Source of the DNA: a virus
Lineage: Duplodnaviria > Caudoviricetes
Length of the DNA stretch: 24,653 nucleotides
Strand: one strand, 5' to 3'
Virus record (IMG/VR): IMGVR_UViG_3300042471_000399
Location: 1-24,653 of that record
Numbering within the stretch: position 1 is the first letter of the stretch; the number at the start of each line of letters is the position of its first letter. Positions 7,541 to 16,152 of the stretch are shown in pieces. The notes under the pieces are model-generated. The model did no database searches and was not told where the DNA came from. It saw nothing but the letters and a program-made list of their open reading frames with translations. A program made the translations under genes and the position numbers.

Positions 7541-7572
7541 GCCCTTAGAGAGAAATCTTTAGGGGCTTTTTT
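7539..7572 (+). terminator. Intrinsic terminator oriented on the + strand
   Basis: AAGCCCTTAGAGA/TCTTTAGGGGCTT stem, with two G-U pairs that form only on the + strand, followed by a T tract. Confidence 0.75.
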
Positions 7573-7600
7573 ATTTCAACAGAGTCCGAAGTACGAATCG

Positions 7601-8002
7601 TTACGTTTCGGACGTTTCGGACAGTCTGAACACCTTAATTTCTGAACGCGGATTCTCTTTGTCGAGACCGTGATAGACATGCTTCTCTTTCACCTGTCTA
7701 TCGTTCTCGTAAATGTTCCCTTGCATCGCATCGAGTATCACTGACTCATCGAGATCAGGTCTGCGTGATGCGTAGAAGATCCGTAGATGTACGGCAACGT
7801 CTCCTGATATCAGCGGATTCAACTTCGGACACTGCCACTGAAAGTCTTTCAAGTACGCACGAGCCTTCGCGGACTTGATGAACGCAGGTCGTCCGTTTAA
7901 ATGCACTAGTTGCCTGCTGTTTGCCTTACTCGCAGGTTCACCTAAAACAATAAACGAAACAATCGGTAAGTCTGTTGACTTGTTATCTGTTGATATGTTC
8001 AC
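7601..8002 (-). CDS. rusA: RusA-family Holliday junction resolvase
   Basis: GEPASKAN...RRPDLDESVILDAMQGNIYENDRQV...PRSEIKV; start codon uncertain (GTG). Confidence 0.85.
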   Translation of the reverse strand: MNISTDNKSTDLPIVSFIVLGEPASKANSRQLVHLNGRPAFIKSAKARAYLKDFQWQCPKLNPLISGDVAVHLRIFYASRRPDLDESVILDAMQGNIYENDRQVKEKHVYHGLDKENPRSEIKVFRLSETSET

Positions 8003-8031
8003 ATAGTCACCTGTTTCAATTGGAGGAACTC

Positions 8032-8277
8032 ATGAAGATAGATCGAAATGTTCCACTGCCTGATCGAATCGCAAAGCGATTTAGGATCGGGCCATTACCA
8101 CTCGCGGAGATGAATGTCGGTGATAGTTTTGTCATTGAGATCGATGCAGATGATGTCGAGTTGTCTCGCATCCTTCATTCACTTCGAGTCAGGCTCAACA
8201 GATTCACTCAAAAGAATCCGAAGTTCAAGTTCAGTTCAAGCAAAGACAAGAAAGGACTGAGAGTCTGGCGCGTCTAA
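8032..8277 (+). CDS. Small basic phage protein, putative DNA-binding
   Basis: MKIDRNVPLP...PLAEMNVGDSF...GLRVWRV, a pattern common in phage proteins; GGAGG RBS then ATG 8032. Confidence 0.7.
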   Translation: MKIDRNVPLPDRIAKRFRIGPLPLAEMNVGDSFVIEIDADDVELSRILHSLRVRLNRFTQKNPKFKFSSSKDKKGLRVWRV

Positions 8278-8288
8278 CAGGAGAACAC

Positions 8289-9185
8289 ATGAAACTTACA
8301 AACAAGCATGGATTACCCGACACCGTTGTGAGGGCTTTGACCCGTAGCGAATACAGCAAGGGAGAAAGCAATCGCAGCATCACTCAACTCATCGACTCAC
8401 CCCGTGTCCGCATTCTCCGTCAGGAAAACTGGGAGAATATGGAAGAGGATGTGAGCGATAAGATGTGGGCGGTTCTGGGTAGTGCCGCACACAAGATGTT
8501 TGAAGAGACCGGGGATGATAAGCACATCACCGAAGAGCGTCTCTTCACGGAGATCGAAGGATGGGTGATCTCTGGGGCCATTGACGTACAGAGAATCGAA
8601 GACGATGGCATCACCGTCATCGACTACAAGACCACCTCTGTCTGGTCTGTGATCCTCGGCAAGGACGAATGGGAAACGCAGTTGAACTGCTATGCCTCAC
8701 TCGTCCGTCGCTCGAAGGGGCAGAAGGTCAAGGCTCTGAAGGTCATTGCCATCCTCCGCGACTGGAACCGTAGGGATGCAGAGGAAAAGCAGGACTACCC
8801 GAAGGCTCCCATTGTCGAGATCGATATCCCGATGTGGGATGAGTCCGAACAGGACCGTTACCTTGAGAGTCGTGTCACCCTTCACCAATCCGCTGAGTTC
8901 CAGAGACTCACAGGCGCGGAACTTCCTGAGTGTTCAAAGGAAGAGCGATGGGAGAAGCCTTCGATCTGGGCTGTCAAGAAAAAGGGTAACAAGAGAGCGA
9001 TCAAACTTTATACCAACGAGAGCGAAGCAAAGTCTGCGCTATTGGATGGTCAAGAGATTGAGTTCCGTCGAGGAGATCCCGGTCGTTGCACGGCTAACTG
9101 GTGCCGTGTAAACGCATGGTGTTCTCAGTATAAAAAATACTTGGACGAATCCATCAAACCCGACGATTCAATCCTTGACCTTTAA
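8289..9185 (+). CDS. PD-(D/E)XK (RecB/Cas4-like) exonuclease
   Basis: GSAAHKMFE, EERL, ISGAIDV, VIDYKTT, QLNCY, C-terminal Cys cluster. Confidence 0.88.
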   Translation: MKLTNKHGLPDTVVRALTRSEYSKGESNRSITQLIDSPRVRILRQENWENMEEDVSDKMWAVLGSAAHKMFEETGDDKHITEERLFTEIEGWVISGAIDVQRIEDDGITVIDYKTTSVWSVILGKDEWETQLNCYASLVRRSKGQKVKALKVIAILRDWNRRDAEEKQDYPKAPIVEIDIPMWDESEQDRYLESRVTLHQSAEFQRLTGAELPECSKEERWEKPSIWAVKKKGNKRAIKLYTNESEAKSALLDGQEIEFRRGDPGRCTANWCRVNAWCSQYKKYLDESIKPDDSILDL

Positions 9186-9202
9186 CAAATAACTTGTAAA
9201 CT
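9175..9202 (+). promoter_or_regulatory. Sigma70-type promoter candidate
   Basis: TTGACC-N16-TAAACT; shares ACAAATAACTTG with the promoter at 3548. Confidence 0.55.
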
Positions 9203-9226
9203 CGTTACATACCAACAGGAGATTGT

Positions 9227-9934
9227 ATGACTGAAGTATCTGGTCCGACTTATGCAGAGATCTGGACGACCCTGTCCAAGATCGATGTCTCAAAGCATGT
9301 TGAAAAGAAGAACGGGTTGTCCTATCTCAGTTGGGCATGGGCATGGGGTGTTCTCATGCAGCAATACCCGCAGGCTGACTATTCGTTTGCACCCTCTGAG
9401 TTGCATCCTGATGGGACGGTGACGGTTCACTGCGCCATCATGATCGGTCAGTGCCATCGAACGATGTGGCTCCCGGTCATGGATCACCGCAACAACGCCA
9501 TCAAGAATCCCGATGCGCGGAAGATCAGCGACACGAAGATGCGCTGCTTGGTGAAGTGCCTCGCCATGTTTGGACTCGGGCATTACATCTATGCCGGTGA
9601 GGATGTGGTCTCGACGGAACCTGATTCCGCTCCCGTCCTGAGCAACGATGAAATCGCTGCACTCAGTGAGCCGCCCCCGAAGGAGAAGAAGAAAGTTCCG
9701 ACGAAGAAAGGTCCGAACGATATCCCGACCGAAGAGGGTGCCGCTGAAGTGGTTGGCAAACTCATGGAGTTCGCGAACAAGTTCTGTACGGATGAGGCAG
9801 GACTCGTTTCATTCTGGAAGGAGAACAAGCAACTCATCGACATCTTGGACAGTAACTATCCGAAGCAATATGAATCCCTCAAGAAGGGTTTCACCGAACT
9901 GAAGGCCAAACTAGGAGGAAACAGCAATGGCTGA
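9227..9934 (+). CDS. DUF1071/Sak3-like single-strand annealing protein
   Basis: IDVSKHVEKKNGLSYLSWAWAW...MWLPVMDHRN...MRCLVKCLAMFGLGHYIYAGED signature. Confidence 0.9.
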   Translation: MTEVSGPTYAEIWTTLSKIDVSKHVEKKNGLSYLSWAWAWGVLMQQYPQADYSFAPSELHPDGTVTVHCAIMIGQCHRTMWLPVMDHRNNAIKNPDARKISDTKMRCLVKCLAMFGLGHYIYAGEDVVSTEPDSAPVLSNDEIAALSEPPPKEKKKVPTKKGPNDIPTEEGAAEVVGKLMEFANKFCTDEAGLVSFWKENKQLIDILDSNYPKQYESLKKGFTELKAKLGGNSNG

Positions 9935-10199
9935 GTATCAGAACCGTGACATCACACAAGGCGCACTCTTCATCAACAACAGGAAGACTTCGCAGAATCA
10001 ACCCGACTTCCGTGGGGAACTGACTCTGAGCAAGGCTCTCCTCAAGGAGTTGGTCGAGAAGGCGAAGGCTGGTGAAGAGGCGAAGATGTCTCTCTCTGTC
10101 TGGAAGAAAAAGTCGAAGGCAGGGAATGAGTTCATGTCCGTCGCCGCCCAGATCTATACCGACTACAAGAAGAAAGATGAAGCAGAAGTTCCGTTCTAA
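9927..10199 (+). CDS. Putative single-stranded DNA-binding protein
   Basis: GALFINNRK...QPDFRG...SVWKK and an acidic DEAEVPF tail; follows the annealase. Confidence 0.7.
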   Translation: MAEYQNRDITQGALFINNRKTSQNQPDFRGELTLSKALLKELVEKAKAGEEAKMSLSVWKKKSKAGNEFMSVAAQIYTDYKKKDEAEVPF

Positions 10200-10211
10200 C
10201 AGGAGATCAAT

Positions 10212-10451
10212 ATGAAAAAGGTAAACAAGTCCCAACAGATCCGCGACCTGATCGATAAAGGCGTACCCAATGGCGAGATCGTCAAGAAGTTGAAGGTCTC
10301 TCAGCAGTTGGTCTACATCGTCAGTCGTGCCTATCGCGGAAAGAACGTCCCTCGAAAGGCGGTTAAACGAGTCGGAGCCGTTAAGAAAAGCAACGTCTCT
10401 GATCTCATCGCCGCTCTCAAGACCATCATCAAGGCTCTGGAGAGGGCGTGA
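10212..10451 (+). CDS. Small basic HTH protein
   Basis: KSQQIRDLIDKGVPNGEIVKKLKVSQQLVY HTH-like pattern; AGGAG RBS. Confidence 0.7.
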   Translation: MKKVNKSQQIRDLIDKGVPNGEIVKKLKVSQQLVYIVSRAYRGKNVPRKAVKRVGAVKKSNVSDLIAALKTIIKALERA

Positions 10452-10582
10452 TGATCAGGTGGTTGCGTGATCTGTACCTTCACTGGAAACAGATACGCGA
10501 CTGGGATTGGAGATGTGTCCCTCCCCCGAACTGGAGATCCAGTCGGGGTGGGGGCGGATCTAGAAATAGGGACTACTGGTGA
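10451..10582 (+). CDS. Small Trp/Arg-rich protein (43 aa)
   Basis: Hand translation MIRWLRDLYLHWKQIRDWDWRCVPPPNWRSSRGGGGSRNRDYW; TGATG and GTGA overlaps at its two ends. Confidence 0.6.
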   Translation: MIRWLRDLYLHWKQIRDWDWRCVPPPNWRSSRGGGGSRNRDYW

Positions 10583-12426
10583 AAGACGAACTCATCAAGA
10601 CTTTGCAGATCGGCGTCAACCTCTCGAACGAAGACAAGTTCGACGAGGCCATCAAGGAGTTCGACAAGATCGTTGAACTCCATAACGCCATGGTCCAAGC
10701 CATCATCCAAAGGGGACGCAGTCACTGGGAGATGAAGCGGTGGGATCTGGCAACTGAAGACTTCGAGAAAGCCCAGTCCATGGACCCGACGAACATGGAT
10801 ATCCCATGGACGATGGCTCTCATGAACCTTCAGAAGCAAAACTTCGCCAAAGGTTGGGAGACCTTCGATCTTCGATGGCAATCGAAGAAGTTCGACAGCC
10901 CACGCCTCAAGACCAACAAGCCGCAGTGGAGACCCCACAGGGCTTACAAAGATCTCTTGGTGTGGTCGGAGCAAGGGGTGGGGGATCAGATCCTCTACTG
11001 CTCTCTCCTTCGACACCTCAAGACTCATGTCCCGGAACTGACGGTCATGGTCGATGCTCGACTGATGCCGTTGTTTAAACGATCGTTCTCAGATATCCAG
11101 TTCGTACCTCAGAACGCACGGGTCTGGGAGATTGATTCGCAGATCCCGATGGGGAGCATTGCCAAGGAACTGGTTCCGGAGATGTCGGATATCCCAAGGT
11201 TACGGGCGGACCCCTATCTGATACCCGATTACGCCCGCGCTAGTGCCATTAGGGCGGACTTTAACCTCAAGCCGGGGGAGAAGTTGGTCGGCATCTCTTG
11301 GGCCTCAGGCGCACCCAGAATCGGTAACCATAAGTCGGCCCCTCTGACGGACTTCCTGCCCCTATTCCAGATCCCGAACGTCCGCTTCGTGACCCTCCAA
11401 TACGGGGACCACTACGCTGAGATGTACGAACTGGAGAAGACGCATGGCATTCGGATCGAACAGGTTCTGGATATCGATAACACCCAAGACTTGGATGGAC
11501 TCGCCTCGCTCATCACCGCCTGCGATGCAGTCGTTACCGTCAGCAACGCGACCGGGCATCTGGCAGGGGCGGTCGGAGCCAAGACCTTCCTCTTGGATTC
11601 CAACAAACTCTGGTACTGGAACAGTTGTGTGGGGAACCAGAACCTCTGGTATCCCTCTGTCACCACCTACCCCAGAGACAACGCCATCGCCCCGTGGACC
11701 CCGCAGATCGCAGCCTTAACGGAAGACGTTAAAGCACACCTCTCTGCTGAGAGTCCTGTCTCGACGTTCGTGTTCTTTCGGACAGGGACAGAGGAGCAGA
11801 TTGCTTACACCAAGAAGTTCGTCGCTTCGCTCCGCGCATCGAATCCCAATGCGGAGATCATCATGTGTACGGATCGACACACGCCTGACATTGAAGGCGT
11901 TACCCGTCGATTTGAGTTGACACTCGACACCGACAACTGGATGGAGTACCGACTCCAGATCTATGCCGAACTACGTTTAGACAAACCGGCCATGTACTTG
12001 GACGATGACATGATTGTCCAAGAAGCCATTGACCCTAAGAAACTATTGGGGAACAGAAAGGTTCTGCTCTGCGAAAGATCCTTTGGTCGAGATCTTTATT
12101 TCAATACGCAGATGAAAGGGATCGACTTCTCAGAGCATAAGGGAAAGAGGATGCATGATGTCTATCCGTACCTTGCTTGTGCGACGGTAACCAAAGACTA
12201 CCTCTTCTGGGCAGATCTTTTATTCATCATGGATCACATCGATCCCAAGTACCGCAGATGGTACGGCGATCAGGAATGCATGAGGATCTGGAAGCAGACT
12301 TCAAGTCAGGGCGACTACGGCGTACTGTCTGAAGCGGACTACGCCTGTCTTCCAGAAGAACTCTCTGGACGGAACCCGAAGATCATTCACTACAAAGGAA
12401 GCCGCAAGTCGGAGATGCTCAAATGA
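10579..12426 (+). CDS. TPR + GT9-like (GT-B) glycosyltransferase fused to a GT-A-like domain
   Basis: N-terminal TPR helices; EQGVGDQI, VGISW and DAVVTVSNATGHLAGAVG motifs; C-terminal YLDDD (DxD), YGDQ, IIHYKG. Confidence 0.8.
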   Translation: MKDELIKTLQIGVNLSNEDKFDEAIKEFDKIVELHNAMVQAIIQRGRSHWEMKRWDLATEDFEKAQSMDPTNMDIPWTMALMNLQKQNFAKGWETFDLRWQSKKFDSPRLKTNKPQWRPHRAYKDLLVWSEQGVGDQILYCSLLRHLKTHVPELTVMVDARLMPLFKRSFSDIQFVPQNARVWEIDSQIPMGSIAKELVPEMSDIPRLRADPYLIPDYARASAIRADFNLKPGEKLVGISWASGAPRIGNHKSAPLTDFLPLFQIPNVRFVTLQYGDHYAEMYELEKTHGIRIEQVLDIDNTQDLDGLASLITACDAVVTVSNATGHLAGAVGAKTFLLDSNKLWYWNSCVGNQNLWYPSVTTYPRDNAIAPWTPQIAALTEDVKAHLSAESPVSTFVFFRTGTEEQIAYTKKFVASLRASNPNAEIIMCTDRHTPDIEGVTRRFELTLDTDNWMEYRLQIYAELRLDKPAMYLDDDMIVQEAIDPKKLLGNRKVLLCERSFGRDLYFNTQMKGIDFSEHKGKRMHDVYPYLACATVTKDYLFWADLLFIMDHIDPKYRRWYGDQECMRIWKQTSSQGDYGVLSEADYACLPEELSGRNPKIIHYKGSRKSEMLK

Positions 12427-13052
12427 AACAAGTCCAAGGTTGGTGGTTGCCCGATGAAGAGAACCATATCGGTCAGTACTTCGAAGCCATCAATGCAGGT
12501 ACATACCAGCCTGCCCACCAGCGCGAGTCGGTTAAACACTGCACGAAGTTCCGTACAGCGGTGGATATCGGGGCGCATGTCGGACTCTGGGCGAGAGGTC
12601 TCACTGAGAAGTTCGATACCGTCATCGCCTTTGAACCCTGCGAGGATTTCGCAAAGTTACTCGCACAGAATGCGCCGAAGGTGAAGACCATTCACCGCTA
12701 TGCACTGGGGGAGAAGGAAGGTTCCGTGAAGATCGTGATCGAACCTGACAACACCGGCTCGACCCATGTGGCGCGTGGCGCTACAGGCGATATCCCCATG
12801 CTACCCCTTGATCATTTTCAGTTGACCGATGTGGACTTCGTGAAGATCGATGTCGAGGGTTACGAGTTGGAAGTGGTGAAAGGCGGATTCGATACCTTCA
12901 AGAACAATGATCCGGTGGTGATCGTTGAACAGAAGGATCGATACGTTGTTCCTGAACAAGGCAAACATGCGGCAGTGCGATTCCTGATGAGGGAGTTGCA
13001 GTACCGGGTGGTGGGACGAGTGATCGATGATTGGATCTTGAGGAAGTTATGA
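12423..13052 (+). CDS. FkbM-family SAM-dependent methyltransferase
   Basis: VDIGAHVG, AFEP, VDFVKIDVEGYELEVVKG. Confidence 0.93.
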   Translation: MKQVQGWWLPDEENHIGQYFEAINAGTYQPAHQRESVKHCTKFRTAVDIGAHVGLWARGLTEKFDTVIAFEPCEDFAKLLAQNAPKVKTIHRYALGEKEGSVKIVIEPDNTGSTHVARGATGDIPMLPLDHFQLTDVDFVKIDVEGYELEVVKGGFDTFKNNDPVVIVEQKDRYVVPEQGKHAAVRFLMRELQYRVVGRVIDDWILRKL

Positions 13053-13264
13053 GCGACCTAAACGAGTTTCAAATTAAAGACCCGCACTACGACAGGTTGA
13101 TTATCAAACAGCCAGAGTACGACTGCCCAGTTCACGGCACCGTGGTTGGCGCGATCATTGTCAGCAATGTCATTGACGGCATTACGCAGCGGTTTTGTAT
13201 GAGATGCTGTTTGGAAAAAATTATAGAGATCGGCGTGTGCGAAGTCACGGAGAAGCAGCCATGA
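13049..13264 (+). CDS. Small Cys-rich (CPVHG...CMRC) putative Zn-binding protein
   Basis: ATGA coupling at both ends. Confidence 0.65.
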   Translation: MSDLNEFQIKDPHYDRLIIKQPEYDCPVHGTVVGAIIVSNVIDGITQRFCMRCCLEKIIEIGVCEVTEKQP

Positions 13265-13485
13265 CCCACTACAATCTTTTTCGCATGGCCGCAGAGGTCA
13301 TGCCTGAACTGATAATGCCCTCTACGCCGGAAGAACTAGAGCAGTTTGCCAACATCGTTGCTGCTGGTGAGCGGGAGGCGTGTGCTGCGATTGCAGATCA
13401 TGAGTCAAAACTAGCAGGAAGCCCCGGAACAATAATGGTGTGTGACCGTATCGCCGCCGCCATCCGTGCGAGGGGAGATAAATGA
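13261..13485 (+). CDS. Hypothetical phage protein (EREACA...AAAIRARG type)
   Basis: Motif common in proteobacterial phages; coupled start and stop. Confidence 0.75.
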   Translation: MTHYNLFRMAAEVMPELIMPSTPEELEQFANIVAAGEREACAAIADHESKLAGSPGTIMVCDRIAAAIRARGDK

Positions 13486-14159
13486 GAGTCTTTATTGGAT
13501 ATGACAGCCGGGAAGATATTGCCTTCCGTGTTTGCGAGAGTTCAATCCGCAAGCACAGCAAGATTCCCATTGATGTCTGGCCGATTAAACAACAGGAAAT
13601 GCGCGAGCGTAATTTGTATTGGAGAGATCATGACCCGCTCGCATCGACCGAGTTCTCGTTTACACGCTTCCTGACCCCGCACTTGGCCGGATACAAGGGC
13701 TGGGTTCTCTTCTGTGATTGCGATTTCTTCTTCCGAAAAGACATCTCAGGTCTGCGTGATTACATGGACCCTGAGAAGGCGGTGATGGTGGTGAAGCATG
13801 AGTACAACCCGCCTGAGAAGATCAAGATGGATGGGAAGGTACAGACCCAGTACACCCGCAAGAACTGGAGTTCGTTCATGCTCATCAACTGTGAGCATCC
13901 TTCTGTCCAAGCATTGACTCCCGATGTGGTGAATAGACAGACAGGACTCTACCTCCACCGCTTTCAATGGTTAGAGAACAAGCACATTGGCTCACTGCCG
14001 ATGACCTACAACTACCTTGAGGGTTGGCATACCAAACAGGACTGCGAAGATCCCATCGCTGTCCACTTCACTCGCGGCGGTCCTTGGTTCAAGGACTACA
14101 TGCAAGTCGAGTACGGTGATGAATGGATCGAACACGCAAAGAGGATTACCCATGAGTGA
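13482..14159 (+). CDS. GT-A fold (GT8-like) glycosyltransferase
   Basis: VFIGYDSRE, STEFSFTRFL, FCDCDF (DxD), RKNWSS, HFTRGGPW. Confidence 0.88.
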   Translation: MRVFIGYDSREDIAFRVCESSIRKHSKIPIDVWPIKQQEMRERNLYWRDHDPLASTEFSFTRFLTPHLAGYKGWVLFCDCDFFFRKDISGLRDYMDPEKAVMVVKHEYNPPEKIKMDGKVQTQYTRKNWSSFMLINCEHPSVQALTPDVVNRQTGLYLHRFQWLENKHIGSLPMTYNYLEGWHTKQDCEDPIAVHFTRGGPWFKDYMQVEYGDEWIEHAKRITHE

Positions 14160-14406
14160 CGTGAATGAAGAAGATGTTTCTTACTTAGACATCCCTTCGG
14201 CAAAGACTGAGGAGAAGGTCTGGTGCAAGATCGGTGAGGCCGGGAACTTGGAGTTCGTGGACTGGAAGATCATCAAGGGGATGGCTGAGGATTTCGATCT
14301 CAAGCGTCCTCAAGATCGTACTGAACAGATGTTGATTGCAAAACTGATGTGGTTGGTTAGAGAAGAAACCAAGCGGGAGTTTGGCAATGAAGACAAGGCA
14401 GGATGA
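14152..14406 (+). CDS. Hypothetical protein (84 aa)
   Basis: GAGG RBS then ATG 14152, overlapping the upstream stop. Confidence 0.7.
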   Translation: MSDVNEEDVSYLDIPSAKTEEKVWCKIGEAGNLEFVDWKIIKGMAEDFDLKRPQDRTEQMLIAKLMWLVREETKREFGNEDKAG

Positions 14407-14608
14407 GTTCTATGATGATTGGGACAGGGAATGGGATGCCATGTCCCATACTACAAGCGAATACCAGAGAGAGATTAAAGAACTCAGGGCTAGGATCTTT
14501 GAGTACTTAAAGGAAATAGCAGAGAGAGATCAACTGATCGAAAGCATGAAAGAAGAACTCGCCCTCCAGAATAAGTACTGGGCGAAATCACTTGGCATGG
14601 ACAAATGA
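14387..14608 (+). CDS. Hypothetical coiled-coil protein
   Basis: GGGAG RBS then ATG 14387; coupled to the next gene. Confidence 0.7.
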   Translation: MKTRQDEFYDDWDREWDAMSHTTSEYQREIKELRARIFEYLKEIAERDQLIESMKEELALQNKYWAKSLGMDK

Positions 14609-14802
14609 ACTGGCAGAGAGAAGACATCCTCGAAGTCCTCTCATGGGTTGAGGATGCCGCTGACGATGTCAATGCCATCACCACGGAACTAGAGTTCATT
14701 GTGGTGAGCGAACTATTTAAACGATGTGCCGATGAAATCCGTAACCTGCGAGCAGAGGTTGCGGAATTGAAGAGAAAGAAAACACGCAGGAGAAAGATAT
14801 GA
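14605..14802 (+). CDS. Hypothetical protein with basic tail
   Basis: ATGA coupling at both ends. Confidence 0.7.
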   Translation: MNWQREDILEVLSWVEDAADDVNAITTELEFIVVSELFKRCADEIRNLRAEVAELKRKKTRRRKI

Positions 14803-14987
14803 ACTTTGAGAACGACTCATCATTTACCGAAGTGGATTACGCCATCGAAGAAGCGCAGTTCTTGGCGCAGAAAGAAAAGATCAAGTACTCCGTTGTTCAA
14901 GTCAACGGGCCTGCTGGACGTAGGCTCTATGCCCTGCCGACAGCGAACGTAGTGGAAGTCATGATTCTCGAAACATTTACCCCATGA
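14799..14987 (+). CDS. Hypothetical protein (62 aa)
   Basis: AGGAG RBS; ATGA coupling. Confidence 0.7.
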   Translation: MNFENDSSFTEVDYAIEEAQFLAQKEKIKYSVVQVNGPAGRRLYALPTANVVEVMILETFTP

Positions 14988-15472
14988 ACCCAGTGGTGAA
15001 TCTGCTCCCTTGGGAGTATGAATGGGTCTGTCATGTGGGTGCGAGAAGGTTTGCTGCGAACTGGTTTAGACCAGATGCCAAGCACTATCACCGCGACAGG
15101 ATGGAAGATGATAGGACGGCACAGGTTGCGGCCTGCGCTGCGGAACTGGCGGTAGCCAAACACACCAACCGCTACTGGTCAGGACATGTCTGGGACTACA
15201 GGGATCACAACCAGTACAAAGATATCCCCGATGTCGGGACGAACATCGAAGTGAGGCGCATCCGTACAAGGGATACCGCAGCGGTGAGGAAGAAACAGGT
15301 CGGGAAAGGACTGGTCCTATTCGTTGCCAAGCCTGTCATGCCCGAGATTCGTAGCGTTGAGATCTATGGATGGATGCACTACGACGAAGCATGGGCTGTC
15401 GGAACTCAGTCTGACTACGATCCTGATACACGGCTCGTTAGCGTAGAGCATTTAAACACCTATGAACCCTGA
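14984..15472 (+). CDS. Hypothetical protein, possible PD-(D/E)XK-like fold
   Basis: AAELAVAK helix followed by PDV...IEVR. Confidence 0.55.
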   Translation: MNPVVNLLPWEYEWVCHVGARRFAANWFRPDAKHYHRDRMEDDRTAQVAACAAELAVAKHTNRYWSGHVWDYRDHNQYKDIPDVGTNIEVRRIRTRDTAAVRKKQVGKGLVLFVAKPVMPEIRSVEIYGWMHYDEAWAVGTQSDYDPDTRLVSVEHLNTYEP

Positions 15473-15785
15473 ACTCGAAGAGATCATTGGTCGGATCATC
15501 AAGAACAACCGGAGGAGTCTGGGTCAGAACTCCCTGATGTGGGCGCTACTCAGTGATATCTCCAAGCAAGTTGAATGGTACGACCAAAAACTTTCCAAGA
15601 ACGATTGGAAATGGATCTTCACTGCGGCACTACGCAAGCAGCGAATGGTTCCGGGTATCGATGGGGGGATGGTCTTTCTGGGGGAACCCACCTCAGGTAT
15701 GTCCAAGGAAGAAATCTCAGACCTGATCGAACTGATCTACCACTTCGGGTCGGAGAGAGGTGTTGAATGGACAGAACTGGACTGA
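15462..15785 (+). CDS. ninB: NinB (lambda Orf) family recombination protein
   Basis: RSLGQNSLMWALLSDISKQVEW...DWKWIFTAAL...VPGIDGG...TSGMSKEEISDLIELI...GVEW. Confidence 0.92.
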   Translation: MNPELEEIIGRIIKNNRRSLGQNSLMWALLSDISKQVEWYDQKLSKNDWKWIFTAALRKQRMVPGIDGGMVFLGEPTSGMSKEEISDLIELIYHFGSERGVEWTELD

Positions 15786-15795
15786 TACCCTCGCG

Positions 15796-16152
15796 CTAGA
15801 CAGCGTTCTCCTGTTTGCTGTCAGTCGGTGTAATACCCTTGAGGGGGGTCAGATTTGACTCCCCTCTTTTTTCGTCCAACAGACGGACGGTCTCAGCCAA
15901 CAGATCCAGTTCGGATAACTTGGCAATCTTCATCAGAGCCTTGGTTCCGTGGAACCCATGAGTTCCCCGGTGGCAATCCACACAGAGTGCGACGGTCAGG
16001 TAATCACTCGCCCGGTCGCCCAGTCCATGACCGGTACGGATGTGATGGGCTTCTGTGACAGAGGTCTGGGGCTGGCCCAGCAAGGAACAGAGGACACACT
16101 CCAACTGTTTAACCTTGCCGAGGTATTGACTAGCCTGCTTGTCTCTGCTCAT
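15796..16152 (-). CDS. HNH-type nuclease (DUF968/Ref-like)
   Basis: CVLC...EAHHIRTGHG...TVALCVDCHRG...HG. Confidence 0.8.
   Translation of the reverse strand: MSRDKQASQYLGKVKQLECVLCSLLGQPQTSVTEAHHIRTGHGLGDRASDYLTVALCVDCHRGTHGFHGTKALMKIAKLSELDLLAETVRLLDEKRGESNLTPLKGITPTDSKQENAV

Larger units (their letters stand above)
7190..7572. ncRNA. Candidate structured RNA upstream of the primase-helicase (leader and/or antisense RNA)
   Basis: Gap of about 440 bp with many stems, including a multibranch element at about 7434-7495 (AAGACACGGG/CCCGTGTCTT closing two hairpins). Confidence 0.45.

Noticed and set aside
8289-9185. Cas4-like nuclease as evidence of CRISPR-Cas
   Set aside because: No repeat-spacer array or other cas genes; the context is a phage recombination module.
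15803-15815. AACAGGAG RBS-like site on the minus strand
   Set aside because: No suitable start codon or ORF follows, and it would run into ninB.
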